From Bacilli bacterium (GTDB lineage: Bacteria > Bacillota_I > Bacilli_A > RF39 > UBA660): a stretch of 64,000 bases of DNA. The notes below the pieces were generated by a model that saw only the letters and a program-made list of their open reading frames with translations, was not told the origin of the DNA and ran no database searches. Shown here piece by piece: positions 1 through 10,234 of the stretch (the stretch's first letter is position 1; each line of letters begins with the position of its first letter). The DNA is taken from the NCBI GenBank assembly GCA_017405445.1, contig JAFRAK010000039.1:2773-66772 (forward strand), read 5' to 3'. A program made the translations under genes and the position numbers.

Positions 1-200
1 ATAAACAATAAAGAAGAACTTAAGAATTATTTAGACAGAGTATTTATGAGTCAATATTGGTGTAGAACTGAGTATGAAATTTTAGTATCTGGTCTATTCT
101 CTAAAGAAAATGAAGAAAAAATAGATGTATATAGACAAATAAAATGTAACTTAGATATAATAACTGAATATATAATAAGTAAAATGAAAATTGAATTTTA
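1..200 (+). CDS. hypothetical protein, C-terminal fragment (gene begins upstream of window)
   Basis: Frame open from the window edge to TAG at 198-200 (...QYWCRTEYEILVSG...KMKIEF*). Same strand and packing as neighbours. Confidence 0.5.
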
Positions 201-212
201 GGAGGTAATTTT

Positions 213-843
213 ATGACTACATTATTTTATGGAATCGACCCATCATTTACACGGTTTTGGATTATCAGAGATAAATCTGGAAAATAAAGTTATATGGTTT
301 AGAGAGTTTTCTGTTGATGTAAAACATGGAGCTTTTGCTGAAATTACTGAAGCTGCAGTAGAGATGGAACATATATTAGATGCAGAAACTAATTTTATGA
401 GTTCTGAAGTAGGTATGGAGATACCGCCTGTATCTGGAATGTATGCAGTAAAACTATGGGCTTTAGATTCTAGAATTTATAATCATATTAAACAAGAAGC
501 AAATAACGTTTGGCTATTTAATGTACCATATTTAAAGTTTATAAACAGCACAAATACAAAGAACTATTCTAAAAAAGATACGATGAAAATGATAGATGAC
601 ATATTAGATATATTTAAAAGTTATAAATTTGAAATAATTCAAGATTTAAAAGACAAGAGAGGTAAAGATAGAAAACTTACATCTAATGAATGTGATAGTT
701 TTCTATACTGTATAAGAGTATTTGTAAAATATTCATTACAAAATGGAGTGAATGCAGAACTAGTTCAAGAAATATTAAATCTAAATGAAAGATTTTATGT
801 AGAAAAAGAAACTAAATTAGGTAAGAAAATAGAGGAGGTATAA
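213..843 (+). CDS. RuvC-like Holliday junction resolvase; needs +1 frame change at in-frame CGG 252-254
   Basis: GGAGG at 201-205 then ATG 213. It reads MTTLFYGIDPSFT, then CGG. Skipping C252 joins the track ORF 229-843 frame (GFGLSEINL...). The joined GIDPSFTGFG resembles the RuvC N-terminal GIDPG..TG motif, with a later acidic GMEIPP. Confidence 0.6.
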
Positions 844-845
844 TT

Positions 846-1040
846 ATGTTAAAAGTCATCTTTGTATTATTAAAATTAGCTGGATGCTTAGCGATAGCTG
901 TAGGACTTATGATGTTAACTATTATAGGATTTTTTGCATTTACTTTTAAAACTATATGGGCGGTAGTTCTTATTTTAGTAGCAATAATTATAGCAACTTT
1001 AACCTTTGTAGCAATTACTAAATTAGAAGATTTAGATTAA
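846..1040 (+). CDS. small membrane protein (two hydrophobic helices)
   Basis: AGGAGG upstream. 64 aa, almost entirely hydrophobic (LAGCLAIAVGLMMLTIIGFFAF...VLILVAIIIATLTFVAI). Confidence 0.6.
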   Translation: MLKVIFVLLKLAGCLAIAVGLMMLTIIGFFAFTFKTIWAVVLILVAIIIATLTFVAITKLEDLD

Positions 1041-1066
1041 ATACAATAAAATTTTATAAAAATGAG

Positions 1067-1093
1067 GCATCAGAATAAAATCTGATGCTTTTT
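1067..1093 (+). terminator. rho-independent terminator
   Basis: GCATCAGA-ATAAAA-TCTGATGC 8-bp stem followed by TTTTT. Part of a 59-nt repeat shared with 42301-42359. Confidence 0.7.
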
Positions 1094-1157
1094 CTGTGTT
1101 AGTTAATATAATTATATATCTAAGATTTATTTAAATTACAAAAATTTATATTCGTAG

Positions 1158-1185
1158 TTGAATAAGTATTCTTATATATTATAAT
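1158..1185 (+). promoter_or_regulatory. sigma70-like promoter candidate
   Basis: TTGAAT (1158-1163), 16-nt spacer, TATAAT (1180-1185), about 50 nt upstream of ATG 1235. Confidence 0.35.
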
Positions 1186-1234
1186 AAGAAACCTGTAGCA
1201 AAATTTATAATAAATTTAAAGGAGAGATAGAATT

Positions 1235-1984
1235 ATGAAATATTTAGAAAAATCTTTTAAAGTACCTAGTAATGGAGTTTTTGGAGGACCTAAGAAAGTT
1301 TCTCTAAGAGAAATGACTACAAGAGAAGAGAAAATTCTATTAGGAACTAGGGACTTTTCAGTGTTTGAAAGATTGGTTAAATCTTGCTGTGTAGATGAAG
1401 ACATTGAATTTGATAAATTAAGCAATGCAGATATTATGTATTTAACATTTATGCTTAGAGAATTAACTTATGGACCAGAATATATTCAAGAAGTTACTTG
1501 CCCACATTGTGGAAGAACCCAAGAGGTAACAATCAATATTAACGAAATGGAACCTAAAGTTTTAACAAATGAAGAAGCTAAAAAATTAGCTGACGGTGTA
1601 ACTGTTACATTAAGCAATAATGATAAAATTACAGTTAATATGTTATCTGCAGGAGATGCTGCTAGAATAGACAGAGTAATAAAATCTAAAACAAAACAAA
1701 ATAGACTTAAAGACCCACAATCTTATGAAATGATGTTAAGATTAGCAACTAGTGTAAATAATATAGAAACAGAAGAACCTACAGATATAGATTTAACAGA
1801 GACAGAAAATAAAATAGCATATATAGAACAATTAAGAATGAGAGACTTAGCTCTTATTCAAAACGCATTAAATGAATTTGATTTTGGATTAAATAGAAAC
1901 ATATATAGAGAATGTGAAAACTGTGGAGATGACATGGAGGTAGTAGGGTACATAGTACCTGAATTCTTTCATCCTAGTAAGTAA
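1235..1984 (+). CDS. tail assembly chaperone-like / baseplate-hub assembly protein candidate (directly upstream of tape measure)
   Basis: SD AAAGGAG. Position immediately 5' of the tape measure gene. CPHCG...CENCG zinc-ribbon-like cysteines. A +1-frame extension follows (next feature). Confidence 0.45.
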   Translation: MKYLEKSFKVPSNGVFGGPKKVSLREMTTREEKILLGTRDFSVFERLVKSCCVDEDIEFDKLSNADIMYLTFMLRELTYGPEYIQEVTCPHCGRTQEVTININEMEPKVLTNEEAKKLADGVTVTLSNNDKITVNMLSAGDAARIDRVIKSKTKQNRLKDPQSYEMMLRLATSVNNIETEEPTDIDLTETENKIAYIEQLRMRDLALIQNALNEFDFGLNRNIYRECENCGDDMEVVGYIVPEFFHPSK

Positions 1985-2201
1985 CGAAATTATTGAAACC
2001 CCTGAAATTCTAGAACAAGTTATGGAGCGAAATTATAATATGCTAAAAGGCATTTATGATGAGCAGATTTACTTGTTAGATTTAGGGGTTTCTTTAGATT
2101 ATTCAGACTCATTAAGTAGCAGTCAAAGGAATGAGTTAATACAATATAGTAAAGAATATAGAGAAATATTAAATGAAAGAGCTAAAAACAGATTATTTTA
2201 A
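1956..2201 (+). other. +1-frame open extension overlapping the end of the 1235-1984 gene (possible programmed-frameshift product)
   Basis: The +1 frame is open from 1956 to TAA 2199-2201 (...NEIIETPEILEQVMERNYNMLKGIYDEQ...RAKNRLF*). The only internal ATG (2022) has no SD. A TTC-TTT-C stretch lies at 1964-1970 in the overlap. Confidence 0.35.
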
Positions 2202-2241
2202 CTCATGACTTATAACTATATTACAGAATAGAGGTGAGATA

Positions 2242-5200
2242 ATGGCAACTAATACAGGAGCAAATGGCGGTAAAAATAATACTGGAAGCGGAGTTATGAG
2301 AAGTGGTGCTAATATTGACCAAAATCCCGGTATAAACTCAGCTTTAAATCAAGCTAATTATAGAAGAGAATATAATGAAAAAATGTTTTCTGATAATGGA
2401 TTTTTAAGATCTTCTATTGATGACTTAGACAAGCAATCAAAAGAGCTAGAAAAATTACTAAAGCAAAGCAAAGACTTATCTACTACTGAAAAGAAAAGAT
2501 ATGAGAATGCTATAAGTGATATGAAAAAATTAGCTGCAGAGCAAAATCAAATGTTTAGACAGCAGGAAGCTAGCTCTAAAGAGTTACAGAATAGTTTAAA
2601 TAAGTCAGCTAAAATGAGAGAAAAAGCTGTCGATGATTTATATAAACACTATATGAAGAAAGAAAAAGAGTTAAGCGATATAGGTAAACAACAAGTTCAA
2701 GCTAAAATAGATTATTTTGCAGCTCAATCTAGAGAAATAAAAGCTCAAGTTGAAGATATAAATGATGCTACTGAAAATTTTAATAAAGCTAAGAAAACTT
2801 TTAGTCAAGGTTTATCAGAAGGATTAGATAAAGTTTCTAATGGACTGTCAGAATTTGTAAAAGTAGTAAGTTTACAGAACATGTCTAGTAACGCATTTCT
2901 AGATAAAGCTAATGAAAGATATGAGATAATGAATAAAATAAATAGTCAGCTTGGTTATGATGCTAGTAATAGCACTAGAACTTATAACTCTCTAGTAAAG
3001 TCTTTCAATAATTTCAATGAAAATATGGGTAACCTTTTTAATTTAAAAGATTTAAACCAGTATATACAAAATTCGAATAGTCTTGGTATTCATAATGAAA
3101 AAATGTTGCAAGATAATTTACAACAAAGTATGATAGCTAATAAATATTTAGGTTTATCAGTAGAATCTCAAACATCTATGTATAAATATATGAAATTAAC
3201 TAATAATAATGACATGATAGCTAACTATAATAAAACAATGATAGCTTTACAGAAAAAAGGTATAGGTGTTAGTGAAAACATGCTAGACGAGTTGATAAAA
3301 AGTGGAGAAACAGTAGATGACGTATTAACTGCCTCTGGAGTAGATGTAGCTAAATGGAATACTCAAAAAGAAGCAGTTGCAGGTTATTTATCAGGTAAAG
3401 GTTATACTGATAACCAAATAAAATCACTATCTAACGCTATAGATAATGCAGTAATAGACTTAACTACTTCTTCTGGACTATCTTCATTCTATGGTAAATA
3501 TGGAATAAATCCAGATAGTTTTAAAAGTGCAGTTCAAAGCGGAAATTATGCTAATGTAGTAGATATGTTTGCTAAAGGTACTAGTAAAATGTCTAATACA
3601 TTTGGAACTAATGATATGACTGTGAATGGCTTACTTAGAGAAAGCGGAATAGGTGTTGATTTAGGTATATCTAATATGACTAATAATATGACTAAAGATT
3701 TAGATGAAATGAAAAGTGTAGTTAAAGATATACAAACTCAAACTGAATCTATGACAGATCAAGACGTTAAAGATGCAGTTGAAAGTAACAAACAGCAGAG
3801 TTGGATACAAGGTGCATGGAGTTGGCTGCAAGGAAAGGTAGAAGATATATTTGGAAGTTCAGGTTGGTTAAACTTTGAGACTATAGGTACTGCTGCATTT
3901 GCAGCATATTTGGCTACAGATGCTTTAAAATTAGGCAAAACAATTATAGGAGCATTTAAAAGTGGAGGATTTTTCTCAAATTTATTCAGTAAATTTTTAG
4001 GTAAAGGTTCTTTATTAGGAACTGGAGCTGAAGCAAGTAATATGTTAGCTGGTGGTAAAGGAGTGGCTGGTTCCGGTTTAGGTAAATTAGCAGCTGGTTT
4101 AGCTGTTGTAGGTTTAACTGCGGCTGCTCTTAAAGGAATAAATAGTGCAGTAGAAGGAAGACAAGATGAAATCTATGGAAGAAATTATCAAGAAAATTTA
4201 AACAAACAAAAAGGTACTTGGGCTGAAGATAATACATCTGTAGCATCAGCAGTATCATCAGCTGATGCTGCTAAAGGTAGCAATGCAGTAGCGAATTATG
4301 CGTCTGGAATGGGTAAATCATTTGAAACCACTATAAATGACATAGGCTTAATGCGGAACATCTAATGGATATGATAAAAATAAAAATTTAATAGGTCAGA
4401 TAAAAGCTGAAGGCGGTTTTAATAATGTAGATAAGAATGTAGCTTTTGCTATGTTAATGGATTATGGAAATAGTCTTAATGCCTTAAATGATGTATTAGG
4501 AACTAGTTACACTAGAGAAGGCTTAACTGATTATTTCTTAACTTATATGCTTGATACTGGTGGAGATGGAGAAAGAATCATAAAAGACATGGATTATTGG
4601 GTAATGAAAGGCCAAGCTGGTTATACTAGCCAAGGTAAACCTATTTTAGCAGCTTATGACCCTTATAAATGGGCAAATGATACTTATTTCATGAATAAAT
4701 CTGATGAGGAGTTATTAGACTTTGAGAGAAATAGATATTCTAAAGGAGTGTATAATTATCACATGGCTGGATTAGATAGAGTTCCTAAAGATAATTATCA
4801 TGCTTTATTACATAAAGATGAAATGGTTCTAAACAAATCTGACGCTGAAAGATATAGACAATTATTAGGTGGTAAAGGTTATGGTTATGGTGGTAGTTTA
4901 AATCCAAATGCTGCAGATTATGTAGGTTCACATCATTCAGGTTATGCTGGACATAATGGTATAGATTTATATTTCGATAAAATAGGGACACCAGTTGGTT
5001 CAGCAGTTGCTGGAACAGTTTCAGAATCTAAAGACATTCCAGCTAATTATAACGATGGTAAATCTTATCATGGTAAAGATACTAATGGTAATGCTTATAG
5101 TTCTTATGGTAGAGTAGTTAAAGTTAAAGGTGATGATGGCCATACTTATGTATATGCTCACTTAAACGAAAGGGCAGTAAGTGCTGGAGATAAAGTTAAT

Positions 5201-5635
5201 GCTGGTACATTACTTGGTTATTCAGGAACTACTGGAAATTCCTCTGGACCTCACTTACATTTTGAAGTAGTAGGTGCTGGAACTGGAGAAGCTGCACATG
5301 CTAAATATTATACACCTTATGTTAGAAGTGCAGATGGAGCTTCAGCTAGAAGTGGTAGCGTATCTTCAGATGATAGCTCATCAGATAGTAGTTCATATAG
5401 TATAAATGCATTAGCCAAAGTAAATAGAACAGGCACTAGAGCTATAGTAGGACTTGGTGGAATAGGTGGACCTGGAAATGTCCCAAATTCTACTGATAGA
5501 ATAGTAGAATCTGTAGATGGAGTATCAGAAAAAATTATAAATTATTTAAATGAAATTAGACAAGAGCAAGCAGACCAAAGAAGATTGATAAATGCATTCG
5601 CATCATCTCAATCTAATATTCAAGATTATAGATAG
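2242..5635 (+). CDS. tail tape measure protein with C-terminal M23 peptidase domain; needs +1 frame change at CGG 4354-4356
   Basis: Long coiled-coil and Gly-rich hydrophobic segments typical of tape measures. ATG-CGG-A at 4351-4357. Skipping C4354 reads GTSNGYDKNKNLIGQIKAEGGFNN..., open across 4366-4450 into track ORF 4451-5635. That ORF has M23 motifs (HNGIDLY, GPHLHFEV). Confidence 0.75.
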
Positions 5636-5645
5636 GAGGTAAAAT

Positions 5646-6266
5646 ATGGCAGATAAATTAAGAACTCAGCAAGAAGGTATTATAGTTTTAGAAAATCAAT
5701 CATGGTATGATTGTTGGATAGACAATTTTGTAACACAAGAACATATAGTTTTACCTCAAACTCCTTTAGGGTGGGGAGAAAACTATTCTGCTAATTATGC
5801 TAATCAAGAGATAATAGGAAGTAGTAGACCAAGACTAATGTATACAGGCACATCACTTAGAACTATGAGTTTCTCATTACAAAACTTATCTAGAGATTAT
5901 TTACCTGCTGGTTATACTTCACTTTCTGATTATGTTCATAGACTTCAAGCTTTATGCTTTCCAGAGTATAATGATTCAGGTATTATTAAAGCGCCAGACT
6001 GTCATTTACAAATTGGAGAAAGAGGCTTTCAAGGAGTTTTTACAGCAGTAAATGTTACTTGGGGAGATGAAGTATATAATAGAAATAACAATAAGTATAA
6101 TGGTATAGATATAAATCAATCTAGAATGAGTGGTTATCAAAATGAAATGGGTAAATATGAAATAAGCGGTGGAGAAAGAATAAGATGTAATGTTGAACTT
6201 TCATTTACTAATACTAGGCTAAGCCAACAAATACCGGGAGCTACTTGGATTAGCAGAAATGGTTAA
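5646..6266 (+). CDS. hypothetical tail/baseplate protein
   Basis: SD TAGGAGG. Sits between the tape measure and hub genes. No motif recognised. Confidence 0.5.
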   Translation: MADKLRTQQEGIIVLENQSWYDCWIDNFVTQEHIVLPQTPLGWGENYSANYANQEIIGSSRPRLMYTGTSLRTMSFSLQNLSRDYLPAGYTSLSDYVHRLQALCFPEYNDSGIIKAPDCHLQIGERGFQGVFTAVNVTWGDEVYNRNNNKYNGIDINQSRMSGYQNEMGKYEISGGERIRCNVELSFTNTRLSQQIPGATWISRNG

Positions 6267-6291
6267 TAAAATTATATAAACTAAGTTTTAT

Positions 6292-6336
6292 AATGACTCA
6301 GATTTTATTCTGATGATTAAAGAAAGGAGACATATT
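6292..6336 (+). promoter_or_regulatory. conserved 5'-leader hairpin element (family copy 1 of 3)
   Basis: AATGACTCAGATTTTATTCTGATGATTAAAGAAAGGAG. TCAGA-N6-TCTGA hairpin just 5' of the SD. Near-identical copies at 10190 and 51372. Confidence 0.5.
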
Positions 6337-8370
6337 ATGGCTGATAATACTGCAGCAGTACAAATCTTAATAACTATAAATGGACAATCAGTTACAGTTA
6401 AAAACAATAAGAAAAACGTAGTCTCATTAAAAGTGTCTAGAGTAATAGGTGATGCAGCAAACAAATTTACTTTAGAACTATTTGATGAAACAGCATGGAA
6501 ATTAGAATCAGCTTTATATGGTACTAAAAACACACCTATATCAATTCAATATGGAGCTACTGGAAATTGGAATAGTAAAAATGTTATCACTTTTACTGGA
6601 ATATGTACAAATTATAATTTATCATTTGTTGGAGCTGCTACTATGCTAGCAATAGAAGGAGTGGTTCATACTACTGGTTCTGTAGATGGTTCTACTAATG
6701 CTACTTTTTGGTTTAGAAATGAAACAGTATGCTGGGTAGATTGTGAAGTAGATTTACCAGATAATTTTGATGTTAATAAAGCGAATAGCAGAGCAGCTTG
6801 TAAAATAGATGGAAAAAGTAGATTAGGTGCTGGTGGATTAGATAGAGGATTTGAAGATGTAGTAAATAATGAATATGCAGATTATATATGTGCTAGAATA
6901 GAATGGATTCCTCCAGAAGATAACGATGGAAAAAATTGGGCATACAGACCACTAGTAAATCCAACTAATATCTTTAAAAGAATTATTAGAAAATATAATG
7001 GAGATGAAGACACAGGAGCAAATTATAAACAAATGTCACAAGATTTTGGTGGAGAAGGCGTAGAAGAACAAGAAAGATGGTATAAAGAAGTTCAAGAAAG
7101 CTATGGTAATTTTAAAATAGGAGAATATGATGAGACTTTATGGGTAGACGCTACTAGTTTTCAACCTGGAATGCTTCAATCTAATACTACTGCAGCTGAT
7201 TTTATAACAAACGTATTATGTAAAATAGCAGTAAAGCCTGGAAGTGGAACCGCTGGCTTTAAATACTATGTAAACAGTAGAGGAGAACATTGCTTTAAGG
7301 CAATAGACTATAACTCATCTGGAGAATCTAAAATAGTAAAGACTGGCTATTATGTAAAAGATAGTGATGTAATATCATTTTCACTAAATCAAGTTGGAGC
7401 ATTAGTAATGGCTGGATGTGATAAAGAAGCTGGTCAAACTTATGTAGATACGTCTGCACTAGATTTATTAACGAATGATTTAATAACATCTGAAGGTTAT
7501 TTTGCAGAAGGTCACTATAAGTCTGAAAAAGCTATGGAAGATTCAAATGAATTAACTGGCACAGGAACAACTAATTGGTGGTTTAAACAAGTTGCTGGAA
7601 TTAAAGTTAACTCTAGCAGTACACAATCACTTTTAAATGCTACTTACGGAGAAGCTTTTGATAAAATATCAGAATTAACATTATCTGCTACATTAACTAT
7701 ATGGGGAGAATACAACAACAAGTATGTTCCAGGTAATTATCTTGATTTAGTAGTAATGACACCAGACGGCCATAAACATTATGGCTCTGGTAAGTACTTT
7801 ATAATAAGTTCAGACGATAGTATAACATCTGACGGTTATACTACCACATTAAAATTATTGAAAAATACTGACATAAGTAAAAATACATTTGCAGATAATT
7901 TTACTGCTGAAAAGGTAAAACCTGGAACTTATGCTCATGATATAAATCCATATACTGAAACTGGTACACAGTATAGTGGTAAAAATGGAACTCCTACTAC
8001 AGAGGAGATTTTGGCTTCTTATAAGACTAGAGTAGACAAAATTGTAGGAGAAGACTTTCAACTTACAGCATATTGCGGATGTTCTGTATGTTGTGGAAGT
8101 AACGCAGATGGCTATACTGCTACTGGCACTAAAGCTACTCAAGGTAGAACTATAGCAGTAGACCCTAATGTAATTCCATTACATTCAGAAGTAACTATAA
8201 AACTTAAAACCTCAGATGGAAAATATCAAACTTTAGGGAATTATATTGCAGAAGACACTGGAAGTGCTATAAAAGAGCACATCATTGATGTTTACTTCGA
8301 TAATCATCAAGAAGCTTTAAATTTCGGAAGAAAATATAATGCTATAGTAATAGTAACGTCATACAAATAG
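6337..8370 (+). CDS. baseplate hub / tail-associated cell-wall hydrolase with C-terminal 3D domain
   Basis: Start moved to ATG 6337, which follows AAAGGAG. C-terminus LTAYCGCSVCCGS...GRTIAVDPNVIPL...AEDTGSAIKEHIIDVYF matches the 3D (MltA-like) domain pattern. Confidence 0.6.
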   Translation: MADNTAAVQILITINGQSVTVKNNKKNVVSLKVSRVIGDAANKFTLELFDETAWKLESALYGTKNTPISIQYGATGNWNSKNVITFTGICTNYNLSFVGAATMLAIEGVVHTTGSVDGSTNATFWFRNETVCWVDCEVDLPDNFDVNKANSRAACKIDGKSRLGAGGLDRGFEDVVNNEYADYICARIEWIPPEDNDGKNWAYRPLVNPTNIFKRIIRKYNGDEDTGANYKQMSQDFGGEGVEEQERWYKEVQESYGNFKIGEYDETLWVDATSFQPGMLQSNTTAADFITNVLCKIAVKPGSGTAGFKYYVNSRGEHCFKAIDYNSSGESKIVKTGYYVKDSDVISFSLNQVGALVMAGCDKEAGQTYVDTSALDLLTNDLITSEGYFAEGHYKSEKAMEDSNELTGTGTTNWWFKQVAGIKVNSSSTQSLLNATYGEAFDKISELTLSATLTIWGEYNNKYVPGNYLDLVVMTPDGHKHYGSGKYFIISSDDSITSDGYTTTLKLLKNTDISKNTFADNFTAEKVKPGTYAHDINPYTETGTQYSGKNGTPTTEEILASYKTRVDKIVGEDFQLTAYCGCSVCCGSNADGYTATGTKATQGRTIAVDPNVIPLHSEVTIKLKTSDGKYQTLGNYIAEDTGSAIKEHIIDVYFDNHQEALNFGRKYNAIVIVTSYK

Positions 8371-8380
8371 GAGGTACAAA

Positions 8381-10165
8381 ATGTTTGATAACATAGATTT
8401 ATCTAAAATGAAAATATCTAATATGAATGAAACTGTAATGAAAGAAACTAAAGATTTAAGAGAAAAAGTTAATTACAATGCATTTTTTTCAGCTTTAGTA
8501 GTTAGTACTAAAGACCCTAATAACTTAGGTAGAGTAAAGATAAGAATACCTTCTATACATGGTATAAGTCGAAATCAAGCATATTTTGTGGCAGATAAAT
8601 ATTTACCTTGGGCTAGACCGGGTGTATTTAACTCTGCTGGAAATGATATGGGACAATTTATAGTTCCAACCAAAGGTAATAGAGTATTTGTTACTTTTGA
8701 ATATAATGACCCTCAACATCCAATATACTTTGGAGGTATACCATCTTTAATAGGTAAAACTAAGAAATATAATGATAATCCAGACATATATAATGGAAAT
8801 AATGTAGATATAACTGATAATGATAAAATTCAAACTAAAAGAACTGGAGAAGCAGTAACTACTGTATTTAAAAGTTTTAAGGGAGCTACTATAGAGATAG
8901 ATGACCAAGATGGAAAAGAAGCTATAAGGATAATAGATGCTGCAGGACAAGTATTTGTAATGGGAGTAGATGACCCCTCTGGAACCCCCTTAGAAAGAAG
9001 ACATGATAAAGAATATTCAGATAATATTTATAGATATATAAGACTAGGTAATGAAAATGAATTTATTGAAATAGTAGATGGAAAAATTCATATTTCTGCA
9101 GATGTAGTAGAAATAGATGGACTAACTTCAATAGAACAAAGAGGTTGGCCAAGTCAAACTTATGATTTAACACCTCAAATAGATGGCATTAAACAAAGAT
9201 TCCAATTTAATTCTAATATAACTCCTGAAGATTTAATATTGGTATTTTATGGAGGAGTATTATTAAAAGAGAATTGTTACTCTATGGATTTTGGAACTAA
9301 TACTTTAATAACTTATTTAGATGAAGCACCTAATAATGAAGAAAACAAAACATTATCAATAGTAACTTTAAATAAAGATGATAATTATTATGATTTAACC
9401 GAACAAATGGTTGATGATAATATGACTTTTGATATAGATAGTAGTATTAGAACTTCAATGTCAAATTTAGTATTTTATGGAGGTCAACAATTAACTGAAG
9501 GAGTAAACTATAATATAGATTATAATAATCATAAGCTAGAATTAACTTTAATAAAGCCAGTAGATAAAGAAGAGAATAGACAATTGATAATAATAACACA
9601 CTCTAAATCTAAAAATACTTGTATATTTGATTTAACTCCTCAAGTAGATAGTTCTAATCAATCATTTATAATAGATGGTAAAATAGATTCTAATGAATGG
9701 TCAACACTTCTATTTTACGGAGGTCAACTACTAATACCCGAAATAAACTATGAGATAGATTATGAAGGTCATCGATTGATAACTCATTTAGAAAATGCTC
9801 CAGATTATTTAGAAAATAAGAAATTGATATTGATTGCTGGAACATATACACCTAATGTAGAAGAAAATCCTATAATAAAATACGTAGATATTGAAGATTA
9901 TTCATTAAGCACTACAGCTAATGGTTATGGACAACTTAGTAAAGAAATAAATATACCTGAAAATTATACTTGTATAGATGTTAATTTTGAAATACCAGAT
10001 GATATAATAGGACTTCAATTAACACCAGTAAGCGGTTTTAAATATACAAAAGATGTTCAAATTTTAAAAGTAAATTACTTTTCACCAGTTGCAATATCTA
10101 ATAAACCAATATCAATTCAGTTAATTTGTATAAGAAACGATTCTTTAAAATTGATAGAAGAATAA
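8381..10165 (+). CDS. baseplate central spike, gp5/gpV-like OB-fold N-terminus plus three tandem repeats
   Basis: FFSALVVSTKDPNNLGRVKIRIPSIHG is typical of gp5/gpV spikes. Three repeats of about 70-80 aa each contain L(V/L)FYGG(V/Q)(L/Q)L. Confidence 0.6.
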   Translation: MFDNIDLSKMKISNMNETVMKETKDLREKVNYNAFFSALVVSTKDPNNLGRVKIRIPSIHGISRNQAYFVADKYLPWARPGVFNSAGNDMGQFIVPTKGNRVFVTFEYNDPQHPIYFGGIPSLIGKTKKYNDNPDIYNGNNVDITDNDKIQTKRTGEAVTTVFKSFKGATIEIDDQDGKEAIRIIDAAGQVFVMGVDDPSGTPLERRHDKEYSDNIYRYIRLGNENEFIEIVDGKIHISADVVEIDGLTSIEQRGWPSQTYDLTPQIDGIKQRFQFNSNITPEDLILVFYGGVLLKENCYSMDFGTNTLITYLDEAPNNEENKTLSIVTLNKDDNYYDLTEQMVDDNMTFDIDSSIRTSMSNLVFYGGQQLTEGVNYNIDYNNHKLELTLIKPVDKEENRQLIIITHSKSKNTCIFDLTPQVDSSNQSFIIDGKIDSNEWSTLLFYGGQLLIPEINYEIDYEGHRLITHLENAPDYLENKKLILIAGTYTPNVEENPIIKYVDIEDYSLSTTANGYGQLSKEINIPENYTCIDVNFEIPDDIIGLQLTPVSGFKYTKDVQILKVNYFSPVAISNKPISIQLICIRNDSLKLIEE

Positions 10166-10189
10166 TAAATTATATTAAATGATAATAAA

Positions 10190-10234
10190 AATGACTCAGA
10201 TTTTATTCTGATACCTCAGAAAGGAGGAATTTTA
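10190..10234 (+). promoter_or_regulatory. conserved 5'-leader hairpin element (copy 2 of 3)
   Basis: AATGACTCAGATTTTATTCTGATACCTCAGAAAGGAGG immediately 5' of ATG 10235. Confidence 0.5.
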
